DNA from: Azolla caroliniana
Lineage: Eukaryota > Plantae > Polypodiophyta
DNA: 64,000 nucleotides
Direction: 5' to 3'
Assembly (NCBI GenBank): GCA_043228905.1
Contig: JBHGNT010000015.1
Location: forward strand, 2,790,001 to 2,854,000
The notes beneath the pieces are model-generated. The model saw only the letters and a list, made by a program, of their open reading frames with translations. It had not been told where the DNA came from and searched no databases. The number at the start of each line of letters is the position of its first letter. The stretch's first letter is position 1. Shown in pieces: positions 60,864-64,000 of this stretch. A program made the position numbers and the translations under genes.

Positions 60864-61405
60864 TTATTCACTTCACAAATTTTGTAGGAGCGTTCTCAAA
60901 ATGAAGAGGAGGAGAGCATTGTGGATACCTTGATAACTATGTGATATGTTCAAATTGATATATTAATGTTTACATCTAAGATTGGCAGTTTTGATAGTTT
61001 ATGAATATTGTCTACATTTTAGGAGTTATGGATTTATCAAAATTGTTTATGAATATTGTATACATTTATTGAGTTGTGAATTTTATGGATGTTAATGAGC
61101 ACTAAATTTATTGATGATGGCATTAAGGATTACAATGTTACCTCTTATTCAAGTCTAACAATAGATGTAACTTCCACTTCTAGAACCTACATCTCCTCAA
61201 GATGGTAAAACCATTAATCTTAACTTGTGCCTTGAGTTAACCATTGTGATTTTCTTTAAGTTAACTACATTTCATATCTGCTGACCATCAACGTTTAAAC
61301 ATTTATTGAAAAACTATTCAATTTTAGAAATTATCATTTTGAAACTTGTTAAATCTCAAAAAATTAGCAAATTTTACATGCTATTTAAAACATGTGATAC
61401 TGGTG

Positions 61406-61979
61406 TGTCAAGTTTCTGAAAATTGCCTAAAATCACAAGATTATAAAAGGAATCTATAAGTGGAATGCACGATCCTTCCACTTGTGAGCGCGAACGTGTT
61501 TAAAGACAAAGATAGGACTATGACAAGCGACCAAGCAAAAGAAAGCCGAACACAAAGTAGGAGGTTAGGCAGAATATCGACATTATCCTTGCTGACTCGG
61601 CTAGATGCCAACTGACTTGTAACTATAGCTTTAGATTAAAATTGTAATCTAGGTTTACGGAGGAGATAACCCCATACAATTGTAAGCAGAAAGAGCAATC
61701 CTTTTATAGGGAAGTTTGTTGGCATAAAAGGCCGACTCCTTCCACTTTGTATCCTTGTGTGTGAACACATCCAAATAGTTAAGGCTTAGTATATAAGCAA
61801 TAACCTAACATTGTATCTTGAGTCTCTGAGTGAGAGAAAAACAAAGTATAACGAGAATCACCATTGAAGCTTAACTTCTTGTCTATCTACTCGTTTACCT
61901 ACATATCTGTGCATGTTGTTTGTTGTGCATAACCGATAGGTCCCCAAACGTTCTTCTACGCATATTTGCTCACACAACA
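61406..61979. repeat. Probable LTR fragment or solo LTR
   Basis: TGTCAAG...CAACA ends with TATA-like motifs; no TSD or partner in the window. Confidence 0.4.
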
Positions 61980-62275
61980 TACGATGATGAACCATTTATG
62001 TTCAAACAACTTGAGAAGATGGTGAAAGATTTCGCACAGTTGACGACAACATCCTTATGGAGAATTGTCGTATTCCATAGCATGGACCAAGGCTACTCTA
62101 TAGCACATGCCTTGAGATCTCATTGTCATCAGATAGAAAACCTTGCTTGGTAAGGAATATTTATCTTACATGGAGAATTTTGATCTTCCCATCAATACAT
62201 TCTACTTAATATTGATATTTGTCATACTAGGACCAAATGGTCGGAACAAGGAGTGCGTAGGGATAGGCACACAAC
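61977..62275 (+). pseudogene. Remnant of a second amino-methyltransferase gene
   Basis: TYDDEPF...EKMVKDFAQLT...LWRIVVFHSM...ENLAW aligns with ORF 34279-34821; intron splits the same W codon (TG|GTAAG...TAG|G). Confidence 0.85.
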
Positions 62276-62659
62276 GATTAGAGGGTGTTTAAGTTAAACA
62301 AGAGAAAGTAGGCAACATACACTAATGAGAGAGAGAGAGAGAGATGTTTTAATTCAAAGAGGATGGTGATCTTAGGCAAACTAGTTTCACTCCATAGTGG
62401 AGCTCTTCAGTGCAAAGACCATTACAACAAGAGAATGTAATTAATAAAGGGGTGGGAAGGAAGAGGGAGTGAGAGAAAAGGAGTAGGGAGGATTTGATTT
62501 GTGTAGTAGATGAGATAGAATAGGATGTGGTGATGAGAGAGAGAAATGTGTGTATGAAAGTGATAGGGAGTGAGAGAGGGGGAATGACTATAATGATGAT
62601 GGTGAGGGGGGAGTTCTTAATGTGATGAAAAAGGGGGATTTAGGATGGCGGTATAATAT

Positions 62660-62822
62660 TAAGTGGGGGATGTGGGTGAATTATTTGAAAACTTAGTGTT
62701 AAGTGGGGGATTTGGGTGGATTGTTTGAAAATTTAGTCTTAAGTGGGGGATTTGGGTGGATTGTTTGAAAACTTAGTTTTAAGTGGGGGATTTCGGTGGA
62801 TTTTTTGAAAACTTAGTCTTAA
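62660..62822. repeat. 40-bp tandem repeat x4 at the 3' end of the Penelope-like ORF
   Basis: TAAGTGGGGGATTTGGGTGGATTGTTTGAAAACTTAGTCT repeated. Confidence 0.9.
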
Positions 62823-64000
62823 CTAGGAGGGCATGTATGGACTTAGATTTTGTCCAACATATGAAGGGGCGTGAGATGCTAGTAAGCTCGAGATCTAACA
62901 TTAAGTCATTATAGAGATTTTTTAGAAAACTATGAATGCCTAGTTTTGGGGTATGTTTGGTGTATCTAAGTTTAAAGATTGTGGGGTTAAGGGAGGTAGT
63001 AGTTTTGGGTTGATATAGGAGTGTTTTTCTAAGATTAAAAAGTATTTTCATATAGCTTTTTAGTATAAAGGAAGGAGGGTAACCACGGTTAACTAGTCTA
63101 TTGAAAAAGAGTTTTTTCATTTGGTAGAAACATAATGGGGTGTTTTCTCTAATGAGATATCTCCTCACTTCATTAGCGATAAAGTGTTGTTTTGTATGGG
63201 AAGGATGATCCGATGAAAAAGGCAAGTATTGGTATGAATTGAGAGGTTTTTGAAAACAATTGAATGAAAATGATGAGTTTTCGAGGTTGATCCATATGTC
63301 TAAAAAAGGTAGCCTAAAGGGGGAAGTTTGAATAGTAAGCTTGATGGAGTTATTTGTGTGTAAAGGGTAAAAGTTGAGATTTGGTGCCTGTCCAGACCCC
63401 AAATGCATCATTAATATAGCAGGTGAAGTCGAAGAGATGGGGGCGCGATGGTTGTAAGTTTTCGAGATATACTAAAAAGAGGCATGCATATAAGATTGAA
63501 AAGTTGTTGCCCATGGTCATACCTTTTATTCGTTGGTAAACTACGCCATTGAAAGTGAGATAGTGATATTCTAAAACAAGGGCACTAAGGGTATAGATGA
63601 GATTAGTTTTCGAAGGGGAAAAGTGGGGGGTGATTAGACTACGTAGGGCTTGGAGTCCTAGCTTAAGGGGGATATTAGGATAGAGAGATTCAACGTCAAA
63701 CGTGAATAAGAAACTATTAGATGGTGGGTGTAGGTTTTCTAGACTTGATTGGATTAGTGTATGAGATTCTTTTAGATATTGTGGTTGAGAAGGAGGATTA
63801 GTAGAAGTTGGTGGTGTAACCACTTCAATGTTTGTTCAAATAAGGAGTTATTATATGAACAAATGGGTTGAAAACCCATAGGTGTTTTGTGTAATTTAGG
63901 GAGGAAATAGAGGTTGGATACTTGATATCCTTTTTTGGGTTTGTGGAGGATGAAATTGGCTTCAATTAGGGAAAGTGTACCTAAGTGGTTTGTTATTATG
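62779..64000 (-). pseudogene. Penelope-like element reverse transcriptase (frameshifted; runs off the window)
   Basis: FTFDVESLYPNIP, QRIKGMTMG, YINDAF (YIDD decayed), LPFLD, QKPLNSYQYLPFSSDHP, RLVNRGYP. Confidence 0.85.

Larger units (their letters stand above)
58589..61404. mobile_element. Internally deleted Sola-like TIR element
   Basis: 16-bp TIR ACCAGTATCACATGTT at 58589-58604 and 61389-61404; transposase C-terminal remnant ~260 bp inside the left end; no TSD seen. Confidence 0.6.

Overview
This is a eukaryotic, plant-type (probably non-seed plant; inference) heterochromatic window made almost entirely of nested transposons, with no ordinary host gene. An old Copia fragment (1-452) was interrupted by a Gypsy element, G0. 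G0 was then hit by Copia C1 (936-30336), tRNA-Trp-primed Gypsy G3 (31901-46602), Gypsy G4 (47204-57288) and a solo LTR. C1 contains Gypsy G1 (7412-29601), which itself holds a young intact Copia C2 (9553-14826) and Trp-primed Gypsy G2 (20995-27981). The main highlight is a 7.8-kb TIR DNA transposon inside G3 (32770-40533; 33-bp TIRs, 4-bp TSD). It carries a Sola1-like DDD transposase head-to-head with an intron-containing gene that fuses a ParB-like domain to a beta-class N4C/N6A DNA methyltransferase, plus an array of palindromes. Remnants of related copies lie at 58.6-62.3 kb. A second highlight is that Gypsy elements G0, G1 and G4 have a tRNA-Arg 3'-end copy (an inverted PBS) where the polypurine tract should be. 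Also noted are a 4-bp nCGn target preference and a conserved -1 frameshift in the Trp-primed family, a ~1000-aa accessory ORF, and a Penelope-like RT at the right end. All calls come from reading the sequence by eye; no database searches were run.
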